This document shows, piece by piece, positions 48,083 to 61,674 of a stretch of 64,000 nt of DNA; position 1 is the first letter of the stretch; every line of letters starts with the position of its first letter. The translations under genes and the position numbers were made by a program. Source of the DNA: Nemertoderma westbladi (taxonomy: Eukaryota > Animalia > Xenacoelomorpha); the NCBI GenBank assembly GCA_032718475.1, contig JAUCBJ010003286.1, positions 19,030-83,029 on the forward strand, written 5' to 3'. The notes under the pieces are model-generated. The model did no database searches, was not told where the DNA came from, and saw only the letters and a program-made list of their open reading frames with translations.

Positions 48083-51000
48083 ATGGGAAATGCAATAGAT
48101 CCAGAGAAGGTTGTGGTGCCTGACATCGAGGAGTTGTTTAAAGTAGATCCCTTACTCAAGATATATTCTACTGAATTGAAACGGAGATACGGAATATTCC
48201 AACAGAAACTAAATACGATCGTGGAACACGAGGGCAGTTTGGATGAGTTTACTCGCTCCTACCAACGGTACGGCCTCCATAGACAGCCGGACAACTCGGT
48301 AACCGGGTTGGAATGGGCGCCAGGGGCCGAGGCTCTACTCATATGGGGCGACTTTAATAACTGGGACAAAGTAAGACACCCGTATACGAAAATGGCGTAC
48401 GATAAGTGGGAGATTCGTATTCCTCCTAACGAGGACGGGACCTGTCGCATAAAGCACGGCGATCGTCTCAAGTTGATTGTCGTCAAAGGCGACAGTTTGT
48501 TGCACCGAATATCGCCGTGGTCTTCCTACGTGATGCAGAGCTCCAACAACCCAGTGTACACGACGGTTTTCTACGACCCGCCCACCCCCTACCAGTTCAA
48601 CCACCCTAGAATCCTGTCGTCCCCATCGAGTCTGCGGATTTACGAGGCGCATATCGGTATCTCTTCCCCGGAGCCCAGGATCGCTTCCTACACCGAGTTC
48701 GCCTCAAACGTCCTCCCGCGGATCGCCGCCAACGGATACAACGCCCTGCAGATAATGGCCGTTATGGAACACGCGTACTACGGTTGCTTTGGTTACCAGG
48801 TTTGTGGGAACACAATCTGTCTACCCCACGTATAGTCAGTTAGTTACCGTACCGTAGAGCAATTGCTTTCAATATCCAAGAACCATAAAATATTACAGCA
48901 TTTCTTTGAATATATTTTCGTTATTCAGATTGCATGAAATTTGAAACAGAGATAGTTTCACCTCCCGACCACTGACTGGGTGAGCCAGAATTTTTATTTT
49001 TCCTTTCAATCTTTAGCTACAAGCGTTTAAAAAAAGTGTCTCCGTCGATATTGCACCAGTTACAAATCAGTTAGCGGTATTCTTCTATCTTATATAATAA
49101 TAATATAGAGGAATAATAATAGCACCATATTACACCATGTCCTGGAATATAGTGTCGTTATTCAGGTACCTGCCCCCCCCCCCCCCCCCCCCCCCCTTAG
49201 CTACAAGCGTTTGAAATAGGTGTCTCCGTCGATATTGCACCAGTCACACCGCAGTTATTCTTCAAACATTTAGTGATTTGTTGGTACTAGTGGAAAGCTG
49301 ACCGTGCAAGGAACCAAATATGTAAAAATATGTGAATTTGGTCGGGAAATAGCTGAGATATGGGCATTCGAATTTTGCATGTACAGTATTAGCTTCCACT
49401 GCAGGCCATTTATTCTATTAAATAAATTCACAATGTTCTAGAACATTTTAATTATGTATGAATATCTATATACTAGCATTGTCATGTAGGCATTGCATTG
49501 TTGCCAAGCTACTGATGAGATAAACAAAATGTTCTAGAACATTTTAATTATGTATGAATATCTATATACTAGCATTGTCATGTAGGCATTGCATTGTTGC
49601 CAAGCTACTGATGAGATAAACAAAATGTTCTAGAACATTGTGAATTTATTTAATAGAATAAATGGCCTGCAGTGGAAGCTAATACCAAGGACTTCTAGAA
49701 CATAGTATACATTCTACTAATATACGAATATATACTATGTTCTAGAAGTCCTTGCTAATACATGCAAAATTCGAATGCCCATATCTCAGCTATTTCCTAA
49801 CCAAATTAAAATATTTTTACATATTTGGTTACTTGCGCGGTCAGCTTTCCACTAGTACCAACAAATCACTAAATGTTTGAAGAATAACCGCGGTGTAACT
49901 GGTGAATTATCGACGGAGACACTTTTTTTAAACGCTTGTAGTTAAAGAATGAAAGCAAAAATAATAATTGTGGCTCACCCAGCGAGGATGAGGGAGGTGG
50001 AACTTTCTCTATTTCAAATTTCATGCAATCTCATTACGATTTGAAAAAAAATTTGGGGGGGGGGGCGGTACCTGAATAACGACACTATATTCCAGGACAC
50101 GCTGTATAGCCATAACAGGATAACACACTTAGTAAGGTGGTTTAGCGAAAGTTGAATGAGTTACGAAAACGCTAAAAATAAATATGGGAATATAAGAGAG
50201 AAAAATCCCATGCTCTGAAAAATATATGTTGTGGAAGATATTTTAATTAAATTCTAAAGAATTAGGCCTACAAGGTTTAAGGAAGACTACGGATAGAATA
50301 GTAATGTTCTAGAATAATTTCTTTAATTGTAATTCTGCAATCAGATCCCCCAATTAATTTTTAAATACCGGTATATCAATAATATCGTTTTATGAGATAT
50401 TAACTTTTTAACTGTAAATTACCATTTACGTAATTTATCTGCTAGGAAATCAAACATATAATATTATGTACCTAACCTTTGACGTGTGGCATCATGAGCC
50501 TCAGGAAGTTTCACCTCATTTCCATGAGTGTGTTTTATGTTATTAAATTTTGTGGTCTTTAATTTTAATTTTAAACGATAAAATTGTTAAACGATAAAGA
50601 ATCCATTCTAGTATATAACCAATCCTAGTAACCCACTCTTTCGGCACCTACCCTAAATCGTATTAATAGACAGTTTAAGACATTTCTTCTGTAATGTCTA
50701 CAATTAGAACGTACAAAAAAAAATTACACTTTTCATTTTATAATTGAACATTTTTCGAGCGATTTTATGTTATTTTATATTCAAGTTGTTATTTTTTACT
50801 GTGCGCCTAGAACACCGTTTATACGGAGCTTTTTTTTAATAATAATAATAATCCATCCTAGCAACCCACGCTTGTAACCCATCCTTGTAGTGTAGTCGAC
50901 TATTAGTAGACCATCCTTAGTACCCCTCCTAGTAATTCATATTTAGTAACCCATACTAGTAAAGTAATCCATTCTAGTAACCCCCACTCGTAACCCACAC

Positions 51001-54000
51001 TACTAACCCATCGTAGTAACCCATCCCAGACCCAGTAACGCTCACTAGTGACCCATCCTAGTAACACACATAAGCAATCCATCCTAGTAACCCTCACTAG
51101 TCTACTATCCTAGTAACCCATCATAGTGTAACCCACACTAGTAATCCTCACTAGTAACCCACACTAGTAACCCTCACTGGTAACCCATCCTAGTAACCCA
51201 TCACTAGTAACCCATCCTAGTAACCCACACTAGTAACCAATCCTATTAAGTAACCCTCACAAATAACCCATCCTAGTAGCCGTCCTAGTAACCCATCCTA
51301 GTTACCCTCACTAGTAACCCATCACTAGTGTCCTATGCTAGTAACCATCACAAGTAACCCTTCATAGTTTACCCTCACTAGTAACCCTCACTAGTAACCC
51401 TCACTAGTAACCCATCACTAGTGACCTATACTAGTAACCATCACAAGTAACCCATCATAGTTTACCCTCACTAGTAACCCTCACTAGTCTACCATCCTAG
51501 TGACCCATCATATTAAGACTAGTAATCCTCAATAGTAACCCACACTAGTAACACTCACTGGTGACCCATCCCAGTAACCATCTTAGTAAACCTCACTAGT
51601 GACCCATCCTCGTAACCCTCACTGGTGACCCATCCTAGTAACCATCGTAGTAAACCTCACTAGTGACCCATCCTAGTAACCCATCCGAGTAACCCATCCT
51701 AGTTACCCTCACTAATAATCCATCCTAGTACACCTCACTAAAGACCCATCCTATTAACTCACCTTAGTAACCCCTCCAAGTTACCCTCACTAATGACCCA
51801 CCCTAGTAACCCATCCTAGTAGCCCATCCTAGTTACCCCCACTAATGAAATGACCCATCATAGTAACCCATCCTAGTTACTCTCAGTAATGAACTGACCC
51901 ACCATAGAAACCCATCCTAGTAACCCTCACTGGTGAGGTGACTGATCCTAGTAACCTTCACTAGTGACCCATCCTAGTAAACCTCACTTGTGACCCATCC
52001 TAGTAACCAATCCGAGTAACCCATCCTAGTTACCCTCACTAATAACCCATCCTAGTAACCCTCTCTGGTGACCCATCCTAGTAACCCTCACTGGTGGCCC
52101 ATCCTTGCAACCCATCCTAGTAACCCTCACTAGAGACCCATCCTAGTAACTCACCCTAGTAACCCATCCAAGTTACCCTCACTAATGACCCACCCTAGTA
52201 ACCCTCACTAGTGACCCATCATAGTAACCCATCCTAGTTACCCTCACTAATGAAATGACCCATCATAGTAACCCATCCTAGTTACCCTCACTAATGAAAT
52301 GACCCATCATAGTAACCCATCCTAGTAACCCTCTCTGGTGACCTATCCTAGTAACCTTCACTAGTGACCCATCCTAGTAACCCATCTCAGTGACCCATCC
52401 TTGTAACCCTTACTAGTAACCCTCACAAGTTGATGATCCTAGTAACCCATCCTAGTTAGGTACCTTCACTAATGACCCGTCCTAGTAACCCTCACTGGTG
52501 ACCCATCGTAGTAACCCTCACTAGTGACCCATCCTAGTAACCCATCCTAGTTACCCTCACTAATTACCAATCCTAGTAACCCTCACTGGTGACCCATGCT
52601 AGTAACCTTCACTAAGTGACCCATCCTAGTAACCCATCCTATTTACCCTCACAAATGACCCATCCTAGTAACCTACCATAGTAACCCATCCTAGTAACCC
52701 TCACAAGTTACCCATCCTAGTAACCCATCCTAGTTACCCACCCTAGCAACCCATCCTAGTAACCCATCATAATTACCCGCCCTAGTAACCCGTCCTAGTA
52801 TCCCATCCACTTTAACTTTTAGGTGACGAGTTTCTTCGCGGCTTCCAGCCGTTTCGGTACTCCGGACGAGTTCAAACAGCTGGTTGACACGGCGCACGGA
52901 TTGGGACTGCGAGTCTTCCTGGACGTTGTCCACAGCCACGCGGCCAACAACGTCCTCGACGGCCTCAACCAGTTCGACGGGACCACGTCCTGCTACTTCC
53001 ACGACGGGTCCCGCGGCAGCCACACCCTGTGGGACAGCCGTCTGTTCGACTACAACAACTGGGAAGTCCTTCGCTTCCTGTTGAGCAACCTCCGTTGGTG
53101 GGTGGAGGAGTACCGTATGGACGGGTTCCGTTTCGACGGTGTCACCTCCATGTTGTACCACCACCACGGTATAGGGACAGGGTTCGGCGGTCACTACAGC
53201 GACTACTTTGGGGTTACCGTGGATACGGACTCTCTAGTCTATCTGATGCTCGCCAACCACATGGTCCATTCGTTGTACCCCGGGTTCACAACGGTGGCGG
53301 AGGATGTGAGCGGGATGCCTGCGCTCTGTCGTCCCGTGTCCCAGGGCGGGCAGGGGTTCGACTACCGGCTGGCGATGGCGATCCCCGACAAGTGGATCCA
53401 GTTGGTGAAGGATCAGTCGGACGAGCAGTGGAACCTAGGGGACGTCGTGTGGACGCTGGTCAACCGCAGACACGGGGAGCGGTGCATTGCCTACTCCGAG
53501 TCGCACGACCAAGCCCTGGTCGGGGATAAAACTCTGGCATTCCATCTGATGGACAGCGAGATGTACAGTCGGATGAGCAAACTCTCGCATCCCAGCTTGG
53601 TCATCGACCGGGGCATCGCGTTGCTCAAGATGATCCGTTGTATAACCCACTCGCTCGGCGGGGAGGGCTACCTCAACTTCATAGGCAACGAATTCGGCCA
53701 TCCGGAGTGGTTGGACTTCCCTCGCCCCGGTAACGGGTTCAGCTACTACTACGCCCGACGGCAGTTCAACCTCGTGGACGATAAAGCACTCAAGTATCAT
53801 TTCCTCAACGACTTCGACGCGGCATTGAACGGCCTCGAGGAGGATAGAGGTTGGTTGTCGGCTCCGCAGGCCTACGTTAGCTGCAAACACGAGGGGGACC
53901 GTGTGATAGCATACGAGCGAGCTGGTTGCCTATTCGTACACAACTTCCACTGGGGCCAATCCTTTACCGATTACAGGGTCGCCGTGGATACGCCGGGACG

Positions 54001-54166
54001 GTACCGCGTTGCCCTGGATACAGACAGCTCGGCGTTCGGTGGACACGGTCGGCTAGACCCGTCTACGGTCTACGTCGCAGAGGAGGGTGAGTTTAACGAC
54101 CGTGCAGCCAGTGTCACCTTTTATCTACCAACTCGCACCTCATTAGTTCTCGTTCCTTGCAATTAA
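48083..54166 (+). CDS. GBE1: 1,4-alpha-glucan (glycogen) branching enzyme, 2 exons, 686 aa
   Basis: Exons 48083-48799 and 52823-54166 with a phase-0 GT-AG intron (FGYQ|[14 protein letters not shown]). GH13 motifs [40 protein letters not shown] and [14 protein letters not shown]. Confidence 0.98.
49133..50104. mobile_element. Almost fully palindromic MITE with a TA target duplication (Tc1/mariner-like ends) in the GBE1 intron
   Basis: TA|CACCATGTCCTGGAATATAGTGTCGTTATTCAGGTACC ... GGTACCTGAATAACGACACTATATTCCAGGACACGCTG|TA. The arms are inverted over ~300 bp; the centre is a 96-bp tandem duplication bounded by AATGTTCTAGAACATT. An extra partial arm lies at ~48918-49085. Confidence 0.88.
50851..52808. 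repeat. 13-bp minisatellite (TAACCCATCCTAG / TAACCCTCACTAG) in the GBE1 intron
   Basis: Directly visible and diverged; ends ~15 nt before the splice acceptor. Confidence 0.95.
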
Positions 54167-54958
54167 ATTAGTTCTGCTTCAGTGCTTATTATAATTATTG
54201 TGCTTTAATAATTTTTTTCTCGCGATAACTGGCCTCTCGGCCGAGTTGAATATTTGCATTACAATGATGTTGCTATAATCATGTGGTGCTGAATCTAAAC
54301 TTGATAATTAATGCAATTCCTATTGGCTGTTATCGCTGTCGGGGACCAATAGTCTATTTATAGATTATTGATTATTTCAGAATATTGATTATTACAGATT
54401 TGTATTACTCTATAAGTTTCATAAGTTTCAAGTTATAATTGTTTCATATATTTAATAATAATGGTAAGAGAATTAATGTAGTTGGTTAGTTAGGTCTAAT
54501 AGTATTGTCGTATTTTAATCGTGTTTAATTCAACTCTTCATTGCCATGAATTAAGAGTGATTTGAGTTCTACTCAGGTTTAATGTGCTTTTATTTTTTCC
54601 ATGAGGTCACAATATCGACAAATATTCGACATCTAAATATAGCGTGTATTATTTTCGGTGATTCATGTACTCTGTTATTTGAGGTACTTTGGTTTGTGAG
54701 ATGTAGATTATTGTGTTATTCTCTGTGCTGTATATATTATAACCTAGGTAAACCACTTTTGAAACAAACACGGTATTTACGAACAGTGAAACAATTATAT
54801 TTCGGTTATTGATATTTAATAGTAATTATTGTTAACGAAAATAATTTTGTTTTTTGTCGAGTTTTGCCCGGAATCAAATTACAATATTGATGGGGAGAGA
54901 AAATATATGCTACTTAATATGATATGAAAATCTATTATATATATGATACAAAATCATT

Positions 54959-57900
54959 ATCTTTGTGAATGTGTGACCATGATCTCTGGTGGTCCTACCG
55001 CCCATTCTCTATGTGAATGTACGACCAAGATCTTTGGTGGTCCTACCGCCCTTTCTCTATGTGAATGTGTGACCATGATCTTTGGTGGTCCTACCGCCCT
55101 TTCTCTAGGTGAATGTGCGACCATGATCTCTGGTGGTCCTACCGCCCTTTCTCTATGTGAATGTGTGACCATGATCTTTGGTGGTCCTACCGCCCTTTCT
55201 CTATGTGAATGTGCGACCATGATCTTTGGTGGTCCTACCGCCCTTTCTCTATGTGAATGTGCGACCATGATCTCTAGTGGTCCTACCGCCCTTTCTCTAT
55301 GTGAATGTGCGACCATGATCATTGGTGGTCCTACCGCCCTTTCTCTATGTGAATGTGCGACCATGATCTCTAGTGGTCCTACCGCACATTCTCTAGGTGA
55401 ATGTGCGACCATGATCTTTGGTGGTCCTACCGCCCTTTCTCTATGTGAATGTGCGACCATGATCTTTGGTGGTCCTACCGCCCTTTCTCTATGTGAATGT
55501 GCGACCATGATCTCTAGTGGTCCTACCGCACATTCTCTAGGTGAATGTGTGACCATGATCTTTGGTGGTCCTACCGCCCTTTCTCTATGTGAATGTGCGA
55601 CCATGATCTTTGGTGGTCCTACCGCCCTTTCTCTATGTGAATGTGCGACCATGATCTCTAGTGGTCCTACCGCCCTTTCTCTATGTGAATGTGCGACCAT
55701 GATCTTTGGTGGTCCTACCGCCCTTTCTCTATGTGAATGTGCGACCATGATCTCTAGTGGTCCTACCGCACATTCTCTAGGTGAATGTGCGACCATGATC
55801 TTTGGTGGTCCTACCGCACATTCTCTATGGAAATGTGCGACCATGATCTTTGGTGGTCCTACCGCCCTTTCTCTATGTGAATGTGCGACCATGATCTTTG
55901 GTGGTCCTATCGCCCTTTCTCTATGTGAATGTGCGACCATGATCTTTGGTGGTCCTACCGCCCTTTCTCTATATGAATGGGCGACCATGATCTTTGGTGG
56001 TCCTACCGCCCTTTCTCTATGGAAATGTGCGACCATGATCTTTGGTGGTCCTACCGCACATTCTCTATGGAAATGTGCGACCATGATCTCTGGTGGTCCT
56101 ACCGCCCTTTCTCTATGTGAATGTGTGACCATGATCTCTGGTGGTCCTACCGCCCTTTCTCTATATGAATGGGCGACCATGATCTTTGGTGGTCCTACCG
56201 CCCTTTCTCTATGGAAATGTGCGACCATGATCTTTGGTGGTCCTACCGCACATTCTCTATGGAAATGTGCGACCATGATCTCTGGTGGTCCTACCGCCCT
56301 TTCTCTATGTGAATGTGTGACCATGATCTCTGGTGGTCCTACCGCCCTTTCTCTATATGAATGGGCGACCATGATCTTTGGTGGTCCTACCGCCCTTTCT
56401 CTATGGAAATGTGCGACCATGATCTTTGGTGGTCCTACCGCACATTCTCTATGGAAATGTGCGACCATGATCTCTGGTGGTCCTACCGCCCTTTCTCTAT
56501 ATGAATGGGCGACCATGATCTTTGGTGGTCCTACCGCCCTTTCTCTATGGAAATGTGCGACCATGATCTTTGGTGGTCCTACCGCACATTCTCTATGGAA
56601 ATGTGCGACCATGATCTCTGGTGGTCCTACCGCCCTTTCTCTATGTGAATGTGTGACCATGATCTCTGGTGGTCCTACCGCCCTTTCTCTATATGAATGG
56701 GCGACCATGATCTTTGGTGGTCCTACCGCCCTTTCTCTATGGAAATGTGCGACCATGATCTTTGGTGGTCCTACCGCACATTCTCTATGGAAATGTGCGA
56801 CCATGATCTCTGGTGGTCCTACCGCCCTTTCTCTATGTGAATGTGCGACCATGATCTTTGGTGGTCCTACCGCCCTTTCTCTATGTGAATGTGCGACCAT
56901 GATCTCTAGTGGTCCTACCGCACATTCTCTAGGTGAATGTGTGACCATGATCTTTGGTGGTCCTACCGCCCTTTCTCTATGTGAATGTGCGACCATGATC
57001 TCTAGTGGTCCTACCGCCCTTTCTCTAGGTGAATGTGCGACCATGATCTCTGGTGGTCCTACCGCCCATTCTCTAGGTGAATGTGCGACCATGATCTTTG
57101 GTGGTCCTACCGCCCTTTCTCTATGTGAATGTGCGACCATGATCTCTAGTGGTCCTACCGCACATTCTCTAGGTGAATGTGTGACCATGATCTTTGGTGG
57201 TCCTACCGCCCTTTCTCTATGTGAATGTGTGACCATGATCTTTGGTGGTCCTACCGCCCTTTCTCTATGGAAATGTGCGACCATGATCTCTAGTGGTCCT
57301 ACCGCCCTTTCTCTATGTGAATGTGCGACCATGATCTTTGGTGGTCCTACCGCCCTTTCTCTATGGAAATGTGCGACCATGATCTCTAGTGGTCCTACCG
57401 CACATTCTCTAGTTGAATGTGTGACCATGATCTTTGGTGGTCCTACCGCCCTTTCTCTATGTGAATGTGCGACCATGATCTTTGGTGGTCCTATCGCCCT
57501 TTCTCTATGTGAATGTGCGACTATGATCTTTGGTGGTCCTACCGCCCTTTCTCTATGTGAATGTGCGACCATGATCTCTAGTGGTCCTACCGCCCTTTCT
57601 CTATGTGAATGTGCGACCTTGATCTCTAGTGGTCCTACCGCACATTCTCTAGGTGAATGTGTGACCATGATCTCTGGTGGTCCTACCGCCCATTCTCTAT
57701 GTGAATGTGTGACCATGATCTTTGGTGGTCCTACCGCACATTCTCTATGGAAATGTGCGACCATGATCTCTAGTGGTCCTACCGCCCATTCTCTATGTGA
57801 ATGTGCGACCATGATCTTTGGTGGTCCTATCGCCCTTTCTCTATGTGAATGTGCGACCATGATCTTTGGTGGTCCTACCGCCCTTTCTCTATATGAATGG

Positions 57901-58300
57901 GCGACCATGATCTTTGGTGGTCCTACCGCCCTTTCTCTATGGAAATGTGCGACCATGATCTATGGTGGTCCTACCGCACATTCTCTATGGAAATGTGCGA
58001 CCATGATCTCTGGTGGTCCTACCGCCCTTTCTCTATGGAAATGTGCGACCATGATCTTTGGTGGTCCTACCGCACATTCTCTATGTCAATGTGTGACCAT
58101 GATCTTTGGTGGTCCTACCACCCATTCTCTAGGTGAATGTGCGACCATGATCTTTGGTGGTCCTACCGCCCTTTCTCTATGGAAATGTGCGACCATGATC
58201 TCTGGTGGTCCTACCACCCATTCTCTATGTGAATGTGCGACCATGATCTTTGGTGGTCCTACCGCACATTCTCTATGTCAATGTGTGACCATGGTCTCTA
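54959..58300. repeat. 48-bp minisatellite, ~70 copies, no indels seen
   Basis: Unit TGTGAATGTGCGACCATGATCTTTGGTGGTCCTACCGCCCTTTCTCTA, spanned by a 1154-codon ORF (54943-58407) of uncertain reality. Confidence 0.98.
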
Positions 58301-58667
58301 GAAGGCCAACTATCACTGAGTACTTGAAAGGCGCCTATTCCTATAATGATCTAACATGCCCCATTGATTTATACTTATTGAAACTTCAGAAGCTGATTTA
58401 TTATTAATAAATCTATGATCTTCAAAGCCCATAATATCAACTAATAACACCCAGTTAAATTGTTCTCTTCTTGCTTTGCTTTTACATAGTTGGTAACTTT
58501 TCTACCCTTATTTTAATCCTCACAACTACCGGCCTATTTTGATACTTACCTGTTGTTTTTTTTTAATGAGGTCAACTTTCTTGTAAAAAGTCAATATGGT
58601 TTTCGTATTTATTAGTCATTCTACTGTCTAATTTATTTCATTAGGATGATAAATTACCTACTCCTGT

Positions 58668-60541
58668 CAGTGCCGGATTAACCTTAAGGCATATAAGGCA
58701 CGTGCCTTAGGGCCTGCCGAAAATTCGGGCCATTTTTTCTCAGCCAGCGTGTCATTCCTGTGAAAAAAATAATTTTATCTGAAAAGTCCACATTTTTTCT
58801 CACTAAAATTTTTAGAAAACAGAGCAAGAAAGTGCATCTTTCACCTACTTTCTATCCCTAAATTTGTGATAGAAAGTGCAAAATTCTATCCAGTCGACCG
58901 ACAGGGTGCTGTGTTATTAGTTCGAGACCTGATGGCAGGGAAATAATAAAACATGGGCAGTAAAACTTTAAAGTGCTAATTATGAACTTGGCAGAATGGA
59001 GAATTTAATTTTATTTATTTGTGAAAAATTATTTGTAGTTAGGCTCTTAAACTTTCTAGAACAACCAAATAATGACGTGGTGACATACTGGAAATACTGT
59101 ACATAGTAAATGTATTGCGTGGAGATATGATAGTGCGAAACTAATTTTTTTTATGATAGTGCGAAACTAATTTTTTTTACCGGAAACGAGTTTTATAAAT
59201 ATAGGCCCTAATAGATAAAATAAGAGAAAAGAAAGATGATAAATTAGTTGTAGATAAAATAGTTGTTGATAAAAAAAAACGCGTCAGAAATAACTTCTTG
59301 TTACTAATTTAATTTAATTTAATTTAACCGAAATTCAGATGTTCTGCCCTCGTGTATTGAATTTTGCATTCGATGGTATTTTAGATGCAATTCCTGCAAA
59401 ACCTAAAACTCTCGGACAGCATAATTGAATTTGGGTAAAATAAAATTTGTGACTAAAAGTGCTTATTTCCGAGACTGTTCTCTTATAGAAGAACATTACT
59501 TTCTCAGCAAGTCCAAATTTAGATCAGAAATATTATATCTTTGCACTAAGCCCACACTTTTTACCTCAAAACTGCTCTTTTCAACAACATAATATTTATA
59601 TTGCTGATATTTATGACTCTCTGTATAAAAAAACCTTTTTATCAGTTTGTCGATTTTGACTTTTTTCATCACTAAATTCCCTGCTACTATTTAATTTTTT
59701 ACTCAATTGCCATCAAACATATACCAAAATATTCAGCAGCTTTAGGACTACAATCGTTGGTTTTGTAAAACATGGCCGTTTGGATCTGTCTAGAACTTCT
59801 TCTAGACTTCTATACTCTGTCTATTACAAAATATTTAAATCCCAAAATATAGCCCGGAAATACTAAAACCCCCATAAATTTTCCAAAAGCAATAATTTTG
59901 TGCTAAAATTTTCATAGAAGATAGTCTACATATCTAGCTCAATTTTACCAAAGTCTTGGACCAAGAACTTCAATGCAGGTGGTTATACAGATCCTTAAAT
60001 GTGAGCTAATTTACATATAAATGCCTCAAAATTTATACAATTTTTGAAAAAAAAACCGACCTGCTCAAAATTGCCGTATTTTTCGAACAAACGGTTTATG
60101 AAGCTATCTATACTCCGTGTTCATAGTATATAAAATATCACATATCATTGTGTTAAAGTTTCAGAATAGTAGCTTTATAAATAAAACAATTAGATTTTGG
60201 GTAATGGTCCCATTAATATATTAAAAATGTAAGCGTGAGAAATTCTACTAAAACCATTACACTTTTTATAGCAAAGGTTTTATAGTCATAATAATATGCC
60301 GTTTAGTAATGTTACAATTCTTGATGAAAACTATTATTGCATAGTACTTATTATTAAAGTACTTAGTACTTATTTGCACGCTGTATCCAACGAAAATACT
60401 CTATTTTTCCTTCGCAACATTTTCACAGTTTTTAGCAGCTTTTTCTTTTGAAAGGGTTTGCGGAAAAATATCAATTTTCGGGCCATTTTTGGAGATTACT
60501 AAAATGTGCCTTAGGGCCACCAGAGGCTTAATCCGGCACTG
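58668..60541. mobile_element. Non-autonomous hAT-type DNA transposon
   Basis: 14-bp perfect TIRs CAGTGCCGGATTAA / TTAATCCGGCACTG; perfect 8-bp TSD ACTCCTGT (58660-58667 and 60542-60549); subterminal GTGCCTTAGGGCC at both ends; no transposase ORF. Confidence 0.93.
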
Positions 60542-61674
60542 ACTCCTGTGTTGTTTTTATTGACTTTCGCAAGGCCTTCGGACCATACAGTAGAGCACAT
60601 CGTCCTACGAAATCAGCGGAGTAATTCAATTGTCAGAGGAATCACATAAATTGTTTACTAATTCTTTATTTACTTTAAAATTTCAATTTGTTGTTCAAAT
60701 TGGAGCAGCGTAGGCTTAAATTCAGAATGTCTACCAATTACAACTGGTGTTCTGAGGTGTTCTATACTGTCCAATAAGCAATCAATACGAGAAGCTTGTA
60801 GTAGCACCTTACACCTTGCTGCGAAGTTGTATGCCATAGACCTATATTTGTTTTAAAAATGCCAAGCTACATTAAATCCCGTTGCAAAATGCAAAAACAT
60901 TTATTTAACTTCCAAAATTGCGTGGTTTTAATATTTTGGGGTTTAATAACTATTTACATCATTGTATGAAACCGTCTACATGATGCTAGCGCAGCGAGGG
61001 AGGTTTACATAAATACACATCAATGGTAGCAATAAACATAAACAATTGTTATTAATTATCAATGTAGATTATTTCAAACGTGTTCTGGAAGTTTATTGTT
61101 ACTAAGTGATTACGTTGCAACATTCCGTCCTATAGGCCGCAACGCTGTAAGAATAATAAATGTACATAAATGTGCAATGTCTGCATTATGTCATCATATA
61201 AAAATAAAAATATGTGAATTATTATTACTCCTTTAATATTTAGTTGAAGTAAATGTTTTTGCATGCGATTTAAAGTAGCGGGATTTTTAAACAAAATGTA
61301 CCGTGTGCCATAAAGGTGCTGTAACACTAACAGAACGCAGAACGCTAGGCCTTACAGCCTTAAAACTGTAACAACAGGTAGGCCTATTGCAGACCACTGC
61401 AGCACTACCGGTACTGGCCACTGCTGGCACATCCTGACATCACACGTGCAACATAGGGGCCGCGATACTTATCGTTCCAGCGTTCTGTAGTTCGTTTACC
61501 GTACCCGGCAATCTGGCGCCGAGTACGGTGGGTGGGTTGTAGGCGTACTGCCAGACTGCATGTACTGCTGTAGCAGTAGCACTGCTTCTCAGCTTCTGCC
61601 TGTCTGCTGCACTGTAGGCGACAGTCTGTGCCAAATCAGTAAATGTTAATAACTTGTGTCTGTGTGTGATCGTT

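Noticed and set aside
58542-58552. ATACTTACCTG, identical to the U1 snRNA 5' end
   Set aside because: Followed by poly-T rather than the U1 body; it is simply a consensus splice donor on the minus strand, with no supportable exon.
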